Below are positions 23,550 to 35,092 of a stretch of DNA of 35,092 nucleotides, in pieces. Each line of letters starts with the position of its first letter. Within the stretch, counting starts at the first letter, position 1. Under the pieces are notes generated by a model. That model saw only the letters and a list, made by a program, of their open reading frames with translations. It searched no databases and was not told the DNA's origin. Made by a program: the position numbers and the translations under genes. Source of the stretch: Ginkgo biloba (taxonomy: Eukaryota; Plantae; Ginkgophyta); the NCBI GenBank assembly GCA_024626585.2, contig JANKJI020000002.1, positions 194,265,055-194,300,146 of the forward strand. Reading direction: 5' to 3'.

Positions 23550-23838
23550 GGATTCAATACAGGTTCAAGGAGTAGACCATCTTTTCATTTTTTATTGTAA
23601 ATATGTTTTCATCAGAAATAATACTTACACGTACAATAAAATTTGAGTGGGGTTGAAACACACCTAAGTCCAAAGTCCACACCTTCAAAAGAGGCATACC
23701 TCTCTCTGCATGAAACAGATACAAGACAATCACAAGGGCAAACAAAACCAACAAACAAGATACCAACTAAATCCTCTAAGGGCAGGCATGCATGTAATAG
23801 TCTCAAGCAATAGGGACAACCATAGGGGCAGGGACAAC
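23550..23838. mobile_element. Possible LTR fragment
   Basis: Non-coding and strand-biased (CAAA-rich), with duplicated AGGGACAAC, ending GGACAACA. Most of it is hidden in a 741-N gap. Confidence 0.3.
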
Positions 23839-24999
23839 ATCATCATCATCTTTCTTGCCCCAACCAGATGGTCGGTTGGGGGTTCCACATCCATTGGAGT
23901 TCAGCTATCTTGATCCTGCTGTTGCTGCTCCTGTGGTGGGGTCCTCTACCCATCAAAGGTGTGCTGGACATCAGAGAGAGAGAGCGAGCACTTTGCCATT
24001 TTTCGGTGGTGAAGAAAGAGGAGCTCTGATATTGGGAGTGTCCCTTCCCAGTCCTCTAGACTTGCTAAGGCTCTTGGAATGGCTGAAACATCTGTATTGG
24101 TAGCCCCGTCAGGCGACTTTTCTTATTCAGGGAGAACTTGACTAACGGCAGAAGATACATTGCCCCAATGCTCAGTAAGCCCCATCAGATGGGATAGCTC
24201 CACTTGGATTTTGGAGGCTTGGTTCAGAATCTATAAGACACAATTGCCAAAATGGAGGCACAAGTATGATCAATTATTCTACAAGGAGCTCTTTCATTTC
24301 CAAAAGCAACATCGTTTCTTCCTTTCCAAATTCAATAGAAAATTTCAACTCTTAACATGTGTCAGGCATTGTGAAAATTTCCCTACTGAGGACCCAAATC
24401 CTCCAATATTCTGAAGCCCAACTAAATTGAGAGCGTGCTACTGGTTGAATAAATTGACCAACCCACTGCCTATCTACTTTGGCCCCAGGGAAGCACTAGA
24501 ACAAGTGCTTGACTGTCTCATGCTTTCCACACCTAGGGCGACTGGCCACAGAGAGGCCCATTTTCTGAAGCGAAGATCATATGGCAAGGCCGAAATGGAT
24601 GATGGACTAGGTAAAGGCGGCCTGATTGGGCTCAAGAAGAGCATCCAAAATTTATGAAACCTCATAGGTTGTACAAAATGTGAGAAATTCAATTTAGAAG
24701 TAACATACTTAACTGATTTTAAAATCGATGTCCATCCCATCACCTCCTCACAAATGAAGACATAAAGCATAAATGCATTTAGGATTTGATAGGTGGCAAT
24801 TATTTTCCATGGGTAAGNNNNNNNNNNNNNNNNNNNNNNNNNNNNNNNNNNNNNNNNNNNNNNNNNNNNNNNNNNNNNNNNNNNNNNNNNNNNNNNNNNN
24901 NNNNNNNNNNNNNNNNNCAGGATCAAAGCCTTGAATTTTTCTTGTTTGTTTGAGGTCGATTTGAAGCCTTCTCTGAAGGATCTCACCGGCTCTCTCTTT

Positions 25000-27900
25000 T
25001 CATCGTTAAGCACTCTCCTTGCTCCTGCCTGACCCAAATTTTGGATGCCTCATGTTATAGCTTAGACTTTTGCGAATTCAACCTTTAATGGAGAGTGAAG
25101 GACATCCTTGAAGAGCGCTCCAAAATTAGCCTTGGAAGACATGCCAAAGCCTAAATCTCAATGATGGGGCCGAGTTATATATTTTGCAAGTCTTGATGAA
25201 ACCTCATACAAAGCTTCTTAGGAGGGAGAAAATTATGAAGGATAGAGGCAAGAGGGTCCTCTAGTAGATGGTGCATCACTTCAAGGAGTAATTTGAGAGA
25301 TTCTAATGCCATAGAGGGTTTCTTAGGGTATGGGGAAGCCCTAGGAATAAGCTCATCCCAATGTGGGGGTTTATGTCTAACTTTTTGGCATATTATAGGG
25401 GCTGTCCCGGTTTAAATAATCTTTAATCAACATCTATCTTATCTCCTCCCATGAGAGCTATCGCCTTTTAATGTGAGTGTACAAGTCAGAAAAGGTCTTG
25501 ATGCATTTCTTAAAAGTCCAAGAGGATTGCACTAGGGCTTGTTGCCAAGTGGCTCCCCCTACTCCAAAAGAACAGAAGATCACCAAACGAACTGCTTATC
25601 AACAGAAAGTCGTTTCCTAGGCTTACCACCTTTCAAGGCTAGCAACTTCTTACAAGCCTTCCAAGCCTTCTAGGTGTTCTTGGATACATAGATTCCTCTC
25701 ATTGTGACACTAGATTGGGTGAGAAAGAGATCTTGGGGAGGCAAATCACTCTACCCTTTTTAGGCCATTTAGGGATTCCATAAAAATATTGTTTTGTATC
25801 AAGGTCTTCTAGCCTTCATTGCCCTTTAGTAATTTAACAATCCATTTAACACATAACACAATTCCTTGCTTTTGGATATTGATGATGCCAATGCCTTGCT
25901 TTTTCTTGGGAGAGCATCATGTATCCCACTTGACTTCGTTAAATCCCTCTTTTCCCTCCACAAATGCACATAGGAGGGGTCTAAGGAACTTTTCGAACTT
26001 CGTATAGGAAGCTTTAGAGGGGGCTCGATAGGAAGAGTAGAAGACATGTGTGGCTGCCAATGGCTTGGCATAGATTTGGAGCTATGTTGCTTAAGATACA
26101 AATTTGTTAGCCTGGTAGCTAAGATNNNNNNNNNNNNNNNNNNNNNNNNNNNNNNNNNNNNNNNNNNNNNNNNNNNNNNNNNNNNNNNNNNNNNNNNNNN
26201 NNNNNNNNNNNNNNNNNNNNNNNNNTGGTAGCTAAGATTCTTTTTCATGTTTTTAAGTGTATAGTTCCACATGTCCACAAGAAAAGTCATAAATTCAAGT
26301 GGTATGTTTGAGAATACAAACATCTCTCTTGATTTGATCCATGCCCAACTAAAGGATTCTAACTAGGGTTTCCATTGTTTTGAACTTTGCTTGTAGTACC
26401 TAGTCTTTTTTAGTTCAATCTCAGAACTAGAGTCCTCATTGAAGGTGCTAATACAAACCTTGGTATGATCCATAATGCAGTCATCTCCATGAAAGGTAAG
26501 GAAGGATTCATTTGCAAAATGGCCATTGATCAAGTGTTGGTCAAGCTCACTAGGAAGCAAGATTCCACTAGTGTGACCATTCCTTGCTTTTTAGTCAATG
26601 AGGTAACCCAAGAATCAACAACTTTAACATACAAGGTAATGGGCATTAGGCACCTTGCCTAATGGAGATGAACAATGCTATAGACTCAACTTGAGCTTGA
26701 TTGATGGTTGAACATGTTGATGCATTGCAAAGATGGTGCTCATGACCCTAATGAAGTGCATTTTAAGGTCTGAAGCTTTCAACATGGATATTATGAAGGG
26801 TTGCTCAATTCTATTATTAGCTTTTCAAAATCAATTTTGATAAGCAGGGTATCCTCGTAAGTGAGTCTGGTAAATTCCATGCCCTCCCAAATAATAATCA
26901 GATTACCCAAGATGTATCTTCCTTTGGTGGAGCCAGTTTCTTCAAGCATGGAAATTGCTGGGAGGAGATATTTATTCTCTTAGCCATTGTTTTCGCTAGG
27001 ATTTTGTAAGACACAGTTACTAAAGTAAAGGTCTTCAGTTGACAATGCCTTTAGGGTCATGAAGTTTAGTGATAAGTTTGATGTTGCCCTTGTTGATAAT
27101 AGGTACTAAAGTGCTAGTTCTAATAGACTCTTGATAAGTGTTGAGCAGGTTAGGATGAGTGTACAAGTGGATTTATAGATTTCACAAGGGAAACCATAAG
27201 GATTTAGAGACTTTTCATCAACTATGTCAAAAAGATCCTCTTTTAACTCTTGCAAAGTCAATGCCTTGTTAGAGGTGTTGGTCTCGACATTATTAGCCTC
27301 ACTTGATTTTTTTTTTTTTTTATGTTTGTAACTCTATCCTATATCGTTCCCTAAGAATGAAATGCTTGAGAATTATGATCAACAAAGATTGAGGCTATCC
27401 TTGTTTCGGAGGTAACTCTTCTCTGCTTAGTGTTTCAATTTTGAATTTGCTCTACAAAATGCTTTTTTCTTAAGAGCTTCGAAGAATTACTTAGTGGGCC
27501 TATTTCCCATTTCAAGCAAGTATAGTCTAGCTCTTTGTTGGGCACATTTAGTTTTTTTGATGTTGCTTGTTTTGGCGAGTTGCATAAGAGAGACATCTTT
27601 CTTCTATAACTTCTTATCAGAAGGGTAGAGGCTTTCAAATCTTTTGTCACCTACATAAGCTCTTTGCCTACCTCCCTACCAACCTTCTCCTTGCAGTAGC
27701 GACTTGCCTCCCAAAATCTTTATAAAGGATCTTATTGTTTTATTAGATTGATTTCACCAAACAATCCATCCATTTGCGCCTTTGGGTTTAGGGACAAGAT
27801 GCCAAATCTTATATACATTTTCAAATGAGGTGGGCTAGTAATATGAGAAGTCTTCATCTTGAAAGTAATGCTTTCTAGAGGGGCTTTGTTAATTCTTCAA

Positions 27901-28060
27901 TAGGTAGAAAAAGCAATGGGATGGTGATAAAAAAACATAGGCATTTCTTAGCACTTGGATGTGTCTAGCATGCTCAATGATGAATAAGAATGTCCCTCAG
28001 TTTGATAGCATAGCCTTGTTCATCCTTTTGCGCATGTCTGCTACTATTGGCTAGTGTGTC
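25000..28060 (-). mobile_element. Degenerate LINE ORF2 (endonuclease C-terminus, RT, post-RT region)
   Basis: Minus strand: YHHPI (SDHxP-like, about 27925), VSYKILAKTMAKRI, KGRYILGNLIIIWEGME, IKIDFEK, SIRQG, GILLP..LINGHFANESFLT (FADDS), VKWDT*CSPK, GIGIINIQKQG..VKWIVKLLKGNEG*. The 3' boundary is uncertain and may extend to about 23850. Confidence 0.85.
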
Positions 28061-29713
28061 CTAGTGATGTTGTCATTCGTTGCTCTGTCTTTATTTACTC
28101 TTATCCTTTATATGCCTATTGTTGTTGTTGTTGTTGACCCTCAACATCTCTTTATTCGTCTTCTATCGTCACTGGATCGTTTCCCTCTTGTCGTCATTCC
28201 TCCTCTCCTTGTGTCTATTGTTTCTCTTCTTCTTTATCTAACTCTATTATGGGTGGAATGGATTTTTCCTTAGACTATTGAATAGATTCTTCCTACCTCT
28301 CTCCACTACTTTCCTCAACCTTCTGCCTCTTCTTTCTTCTCTTNNNNNNNNNNNNNNNNNNNNNNNNNNNNNNNNNNNNNNNNNNNNNNNNNNNNNNNNN
28401 NNNNNNNNNNNNNNNNNNNNNNNNNNNNNNNNNNNNNNNNNNNGCATCCTCTTCCACACTAGTGTCGCCTTTTGTTTATTTAACATCTACTTTATTGTAT
28501 CACTTGCTTCACTTTATTTACTTAATGGTTAGCTACGTGATAGGCCAAAGTCGCTTTAGGCACTCCCTTTGACTTATTATACATGAACTATTTTTCTACA
28601 GTCCCATTGACCTATTTATTGGTCATTCATGGACATATATAAATTTTCTTTCTTATTTCTTTCTTTCTAAAGCAGCATGGGTGACAAGTCACTCTAAGAC
28701 TTTATCTTTAACAAAGCAACATTATTTTACCTATGTTATTGTTCAAGCTCTCATATATTATAGGCATTACATTCTAGGGAAGAAAACCATTATCTAAGCT
28801 AATCACTAACCTATCCAACCCTTAGCGTCTCAATCTAAGTTGCAAGAACATTGCCATATGAAATGGCCTCTTTACCTTCTATAGTTTATCTTGTTATCAT
28901 ATATCATAGAGATGTTTGTTGCTATAAGGTTATAACAAGGTTATGTCGTGTTTCAATGAGGAGAATGCAACATAATGAACATGGCAATCACACCCTTGAC
29001 AGACGTAGGGAAGTCAAAATGTGTTGTTCTCACCAACACAACATCATTCCCTATAAATCTCAAGGTTATAGTCTTTGGATTATAAAACTATTTATAAATA
29101 ATATTTGGCACATAACAGAGAAGAATACATAATCAATGGCTAAGTAGGTAGAGATCTGAATGACCAATGATGGATGGATGATTTGCCTTTATGTCTCACA
29201 AGGCAATAAATACTAACTAGTGTGCCTTTCCATGGTCACTTTGCAAAGAGATATTACTTTTCATTATGCGTAATCTTGACTTGTTTTCTTATAACTAATT
29301 CTAATTACAATCAAGATTATTAAGTGATCGAGGCTCTATATTGATGTGATCGTGTGTTGGAAAGATCAAATGCTAGTTGCAACTAGCTGTAGAGTGTTGC
29401 AAACATCACTGCTATGATTAAAAACTGTTGTGAGTGTCAACTTGTTACAACTAGATCTCGTTGTGCCCGAGAATTATCAATTGCTACAATCGAGTAGGCT
29501 TTTGCATTTGTGTTAATCAACCATCATACATCTGAATGGCAACTAAGATTAAATGTCCTCATTCAATGGATCAAAATTTTCAAATTTTGGATTGTACTAT
29601 TACCTCCTTGAAAACGTGAGGCCTATAACTTAGCTTTGGAAGTGTTGTGGATATCAGGAGGAAGTGGAATACCATACTACTAGAGTGATTTCACCAATTC
29701 ATGATTAGTGGTG

Positions 29714-31800
29714 TCAAAGTCTTTGAAGCTCCATTTGATACCGATTTTGAGCTTGAGTGAGTTGCTTCTTGACTAACGCTAATTGATCGTGGTCTTTTTC
29801 TAAATCAACGATCATACCTTTATGTTGTATTGTGGCCTCCTCTAGTTCTTTTTTAGCTTTAATGCATAGCATTACATCTTTTTCCCTGTCATGCTTCATG
29901 TGAAACATTTCATTTCTTTGTGATCAATCAATAAAATGCATGCACTGGGTTTTTAAATAATCTTTTCTAGCTCGGGGGAATTTGTTTCTCAAAAATATTC
30001 ATAAAGCGTCGATATGTATCCCACTCAGAATTAACATCTTTCAATTAGACACCCACAATTTCTTCAATAAATTTAATTTTTCGCTTTACCTCCTATGGGA
30101 TTGCCTTGGCATGCATTGTTTCTTGGTTCACTCCTTGAGTAAGATCCTTGGCTTTTGTAACTAAATCCTAAACCTACACCTGTATCACAAGGCGTGAAGG
30201 TGGGCTTCCATGTCTCAAGGTTGGANNNNNNNNNNNNNNNNNNNNNNNNNNNNNNNNNNNNNNNNNNNNNNNNNNNNNNNNNNNNNNNNNNNNNNNNNNN
30301 NNNNNNNNNNNNNNNNNNNNNNNNNAATTGTAGAGGTAGATCCTAGACTCATAGTATTCCAAATAAATCAAGCATTGGTGAATTAGGATGCCTATTATTC
30401 TCGCATCATTCATTTCCTTGCTCATGGAGTTTGTCTTATCAAGATTAATAGAATTTAGAGGAGAGCCCTAAAGCTTAAATTTGCTCACTATATGTTGAGG
30501 AGAGGAATCCTTTATCAAAGAAACTATCAAGGGATTTACCTCAAATGTGTCACAAGGGAGGAGGCAACATAAGTGATGACTAGTTTTCATGAGAAGATTA
30601 GGAGTGGGCATCCCTCACGGAATGCCACTACTTATGCAATATTGAGGGTAGGTTACTATTGTCCCACCATATTCAAAGATTCCCATGCTCATGTTAGAAC
30701 ATGCTACTAATGTCAAACTTATGACAAGATAGAAAAGCATTCTCCTATGCCCTTACACTCGGTTATTGAGAGAAGACCCTTTGCTTAGTGGGGATTAGAT
30801 TTTGTTGGGGTGATAAACCCACTTCTTCCCAAAACTATAAGTTCCTTCTCATTGCTACATATTATTGCACTAGATGGGTAGAGGTGGTGGCAACCAAGAA
30901 TAGCACTACAAAGGTAATTATTGACTTCTTGGAGAATAGCATAACCACTAAATTTTGTACCCCCTTCTCACGTGTTGGCTCTGTAGCAGATTCAACAGGT
31001 GCTTTAGGGGGTGGAGTTGGCGTTGTGGTCACTTCTTCTACTATCGGTGCCTTGCCTTCATCTATCTTCTTTGCCTTCTATGGTTCTGCAATTTCTACTA
31101 GAGTTGGATCTTGCCCAGTGACTCGACCTCCCTCATTCGTCACATCTTCCATTCCTCTGGTTTCATCTTTTACTAACAACCATTTAAATATTTTTTCAAA
31201 CGCCACACTAAAGAACATACTCATCCTTAACATCCCTCTTTGTGCATCTATGAAAGTAGCTGGCCAATTGCAAGAATTTAGGATTGTCATTGTAAATTAT
31301 TAATTCAACATTCAAGCATTGTGCGAAGAGCAAGCCCACAAACATAGTGGGTAGGAAGAACAATGATGAGCATAGAGCCTCCTTGATCCTTTTGAGTAAC
31401 ATCAACATTTTGAAGTAGATTAATGCACACTAGTGCTATTTAACGCTTACCTTCACTTGTTTCATCATTGTGCATAACTAGGTGGGAATGTGAGTGTGCT
31501 TCTGATTCCCCCAGTAGGCGTGCCACAATTAATTGTGTGATCCATTGAAGTACAAGGTCTTTGAGCTGGTCCACTCAAATTCCAAATGTGCTTGCATTAG
31601 AGTTCTGTAGATAGTATTCTTTTGTGATAGTAATGTGAGCTTGCCTCAGAGCTAGAGGAACTTTTGGGCTATCTAGGGGAAGACCCATGACTTCATGAAT
31701 TATGGCTTCCAAAATTATGAGGGCATCAAGGCACCTAGCGACCATCCCTAGTGGTGAAGCTAGGGCTATGGGTTCGTACAAGATGGGCAAAGATGACATA
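29714..31800 (-). pseudogene. Decayed accessory ORF 3' of Gypsy pol (split by 30326-30970)
   Basis: Successive protein-like minus-strand fragments: a helical domain (31300-31800), a Pro/Glu/Thr-rich linker (EGKAPIVEEVTTTPTPPPKAP, about 30975-31075), and a coiled-coil-like segment (29714-29908). Same strand as, and downstream of, the integrase at 32440-33901. Confidence 0.5.
30326..30970 (+). mobile_element. Tat/Ogre-like Gypsy integrase fragment
   Basis: RALKLK..GILYQRN..YLKCV..FHE..GH..ILRVGYYCPTIFKDSHAHVRTCY*CQ..PMPLHSV..PFA*WGLDFVG..LIATYYCTRWVEV..VIIDFLENSITTKFCTP (HHCC zinc finger plus start of the core). Confidence 0.9.
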
Positions 31801-32439
31801 CAGGTGGCTAGACTTACTTGCCACGTAACTTACTTGATTGGGTGGTTAGCTTAGAACTCACTATATTCTCATTGGTGTCTTGGAATATCATGTTCCCTCA
31901 CATTAATGTTGAATATTAGAATTTTCACCATGGTCGCTTGCACTCTGTCTAGTTGTGTCAGAGTTGATCGTCTACTTGATTATTTCTTTTGATCAATTGT
32001 TGTGAGGACAACATAATTGAGTGAAGGGTTTATAAAGCGACATGCTCTTTTGGCCTTATCATTCATCATAATGGGATGATTGGGTTCATTGATGTGGTAC
32101 GCCATTGAATTGTGCCCCCTATCTTAGAAATCACCATGCATCAACTGTTAAGATATCACTTTTATTCGCTTACTAGATAACAATTACTTTATGTTATGAT
32201 ATGTCTGATTGCTTAACATGTTGGACGCTTGATACGACTAGTTGTAAGACACACTAGTTGGTTGGTTGCTACTAAATCAATCGCAAGATCGTTCAATTAC
32301 AACTGTATTGTGATTATGACCAACTCAATTGTGACTGGGTCAGTCATAAGGAAGCTTTGGTTGTAACCAATTTAGTTTCTCTCTCTCTTATGATGAGAAG
32401 GTTTCGATCAATTGCCATTTAGGAAGTAGTACTCCGTTT

Positions 32440-33901
32440 AATTGTTGTAGTTGAACTGACCCCTTATCATTCTTATAGGTACTAGTCATCGAACTTCCAA
32501 CTTTAGTGGATTTGTTTGAAACTTACTAGGCACTTCTATCGTAAAGGAGAACTAAATCACCATCTTTAAATATAGGATGTTTGGTATGCTAGTCGTGCAA
32601 TGCCTTCTATCTTTGTTGACTCGCTTCCCATTGCTAAGGTGCAAGGGTTTATTTTTCATCTAATTGCATCAAGGTATGTAAGTGAATCTTATGGGATTAC
32701 ACATGGCCCATTCTATGCTTAATGGTATGATGGCTTCCTAGCCATATACCAAATCGAATGGAGTAAATCAATTAAAATGTTTGGATGTAGTTTGATCTAC
32801 CCATAATGCAAAGTGTAACTTCTCTGCTCAATCATTTCTTTTAGAATTGCAAATTTTAACTAGTGCCATTTTTAGTATTTTATTTGGGCTTTTTACTAAC
32901 CCATTTTCTTGTGGGTAGTATGGCATGGATTTACAGTGAATCACCATAAATTCTTTAGTCAAGTGCAAAATGGCACTATTAAGGAAACTTCTTCCTTGAT
33001 CCTTGACAATCATAATGGGACAACCAAAGCACATAATAATCATTTCGTAAATAAATTGCACAGTACTACAATCATCATTTTTTCATAAAGGCCTTGCTTT
33101 GACCCATCAAGTAACATAATATGTGGCTACAAGAATGTAATGAGCTTGAGTTTGGTGTGCTAGAGGAGTAATTAGACCAACAAAATAAAAAAACCCCATT
33201 TCTTGAATGGACATTGAGCCAATATTGGGTGTAAGGGTCAATGATGTATGGCCTTTGTTTCGCCTAGTTGGTAGCAAGCATCATAATTTTTAGCCCANNN
33301 NNNNNNNNNNNNNNNNNNNNNNNNAAATAAGGAGGGTTGCCAAATTCTCGTTAACAGATTCTTACAAGCAATTCCATCACTTGCCATGTGTATGTTAGCT
33401 ATTCCCTCATGAGCTTCTCTCAATAATGTAGGGACTTTGTGTTCAATTATACAACGTAATCGGTGATTTGGTTTGAGTCTATAGAGTACTCGGTCAATGC
33501 GTTCATAAGGCTCAACTTCTTAGGCCCAATTTCTAAGTCCAGACCTATCCAAGCCTAGAGGCATTTTCCTTGTGGTTAAATAATGTGCAATCTTCCCATA
33601 CAAATCTAGGATAACTACTATGTGGAATAGTCTTGCATTTGAAAAATCATCAGAAACACTTGTGGCTTCTTCTCCTATATCAATTCAAGAAAGTTGGTTT
33701 AGAACATTAAGGTGTGCTCCCGACTTAACTACCACTATCAAATGAAATTCTTGGAATAATAACAACCAACAACTAATCCTTCCTCACAAGATTGGCTTAT
33801 TGATCAGGTATAGTAATGCTTGGTGATCTGCATTAAATGTAAAATGGGTTGCTAACAAGGCGTAACTTTTATAGGATTTATACCATTCCTAGTCCTTTTA
33901 A
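32440..33901 (-). mobile_element. Non-chromovirus Gypsy pol remnant, copy 1 (RNase H and integrase)
   Basis: GLGMV..DHQALLYLINKP..GRISCWLLLFQEF..GEEATSVSDDFSNARLF; REAHEG; FIYEMIIMCFGCPIMIVKDQGRSFLN..YYPQENGLVKSPNKIL; LWV; TPFDLVYG*EA. Confidence 0.9.
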
Positions 33902-34001
33902 NNNNNNNNNNNNNNNNNNNNNNNNNNNNNNNNNNNNNNNNNNNNNNNNNNNNNNNNNNNNNNNNNNNNNNNNNNNNNNNNNNNNNNNNNNNNNNNNNNN
34001 N

Positions 34002-35092
34002 CATGGGATTCGATGTTGCCCAGTTTGTGCTTAATTGTGATATGTAAGTTTGAAACCACAAATTCGAAGGGTATGATGGTTTGCTGACCATATACCAATT
34101 TGAATGGGATGTAATGATTAATAGGCTTGGATTAGTTTGATCTACCCACAATGCAGAGTGTAACTTCTCAGCGCCATCATTTCTTTTGGCATTGTAAATT
34201 TTCATCGGTACCTCTTTCAATCTCTTGTTTGTATAATCTACTTGCCCATTGTTGGTAGTATAGAGTGGATTTACGGTGAATCACCATAAATTCTTGCATC
34301 AAGTGGTGAATGATGCTTTTAAGGAAACTACTCCCTTGATTGTTGGCAATCTCAATGTTACAACTGAAGCGTGCAATGATCATTTCATAGATAGATTGTG
34401 TAGTACTATGGGCATCGCATTTTTGTAAAGGTCCTGCTTCGACCTATTGAGTGACAGAATTTGTGGCTAGGAGAATGTCACAAGCTTGACTTCGATACGC
34501 TAAAGGATTAATTGGATTGATGAAGTCCAAACCCCATTTCGCCAATGGACATTAGGCCAGTATTAGGTGTAGGTGTTGATGTTGTGTGGCCCTTAGTTCC
34601 CCCCCTCACTAGCAAGCATCACAATGTTTTACCTAATTTTCAACATCCTCAAACAATGTGGGCTACTAGAGTTTTGCTAACAAGATCTTGAGAGCGGTTT
34701 GATTGCTTCCACGTCCATCGGATTTTCCTTCATGAGCTTCTCTTAGTATTGTTGGAGCCTTGTGTTTAATTACAAAACGATATAACACTTGATGTTGCCT
34801 AAGTCTATAGAGTACTCCATCGATGAGCTCATAAGGCTCAACTTGTTGGTCCTAGTTTCTTTGTTCAGTCCTATCTAAGCTTGCGGCCATATGTCCAATT
34901 GCTAGATAATGTGCGATTTCCCCATTCTAATCTAGGATAATTGCTATGTGGAATTGTGTTGCATTTGGGAAATCATCAGAAATGCTTATGGCTTCTTCTC
35001 CCATATCAATTTATAATAGTTGGTTCGGAACACTATGGTGTGCTTCTAGCTTGACAACAACTGTGAAGTTGAATGCTTGAAATAACAACTAG
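34002..35092 (-). mobile_element. Non-chromovirus Gypsy pol remnant, copy 2 (same family)
   Basis: Collinear with about 32680-33770 (shared tagtttgatctaccca and aatctaggataa.t.ctatgtggaat). Reads IIARFSC..NNQGSSFL..EFMVIHRKSTLYY and WGLDFINPINP. Confidence 0.9.

Noticed and set aside
22760-23600. Long ORFs of 265-270 aa
   Set aside because: They are almost entirely X from the N gap. The same applies to other gap-spanning ORFs (3085, 5552, 7095 and similar).
23855-25037. Several 76-187 aa ORFs
   Set aside because: No recognisable domain; probably the LINE 3' region or other TE debris.
27307-27321. T15 run as a LINE poly-A tail
   Set aside because: It lies inside ORF2 between the endonuclease and RT, so it is more likely a slippage expansion.
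30788-31303. 171-aa ORF that looks like an integrase fusion protein
   Set aside because: It is a chance read-through from the integrase fragment into the antisense strand of another decayed ORF.

Overview
AT-rich, gap-ridden eukaryotic DNA from a large, repeat-rich land-plant genome (gymnosperm-like by TE style; this is an inference). It contains one intact protein-coding ORF, a P-class PPR array (19679-21613, +, 17 repeats, At3g07290/At5g65560-like from memory), set among decayed transposons: a Helitron Pif1 helicase fragment, two minus-strand LINEs, several Ty3/Gypsy pol remnants (CRM-like and Tat/Athila-like), an LTR pair with PBS, PPT and chromodomain, other LTR-like pieces, and microsatellites. 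The most unusual point is that the PPR ORF starts mid-repeat, has no visible organelle targeting peptide, and directly abuts a decayed Gypsy RT. A second lead is an uncharacterised ORF downstream of a Gypsy integrase. The sequence alone does not demonstrate a new biological system. All motif calls are by-eye translations, not database results.
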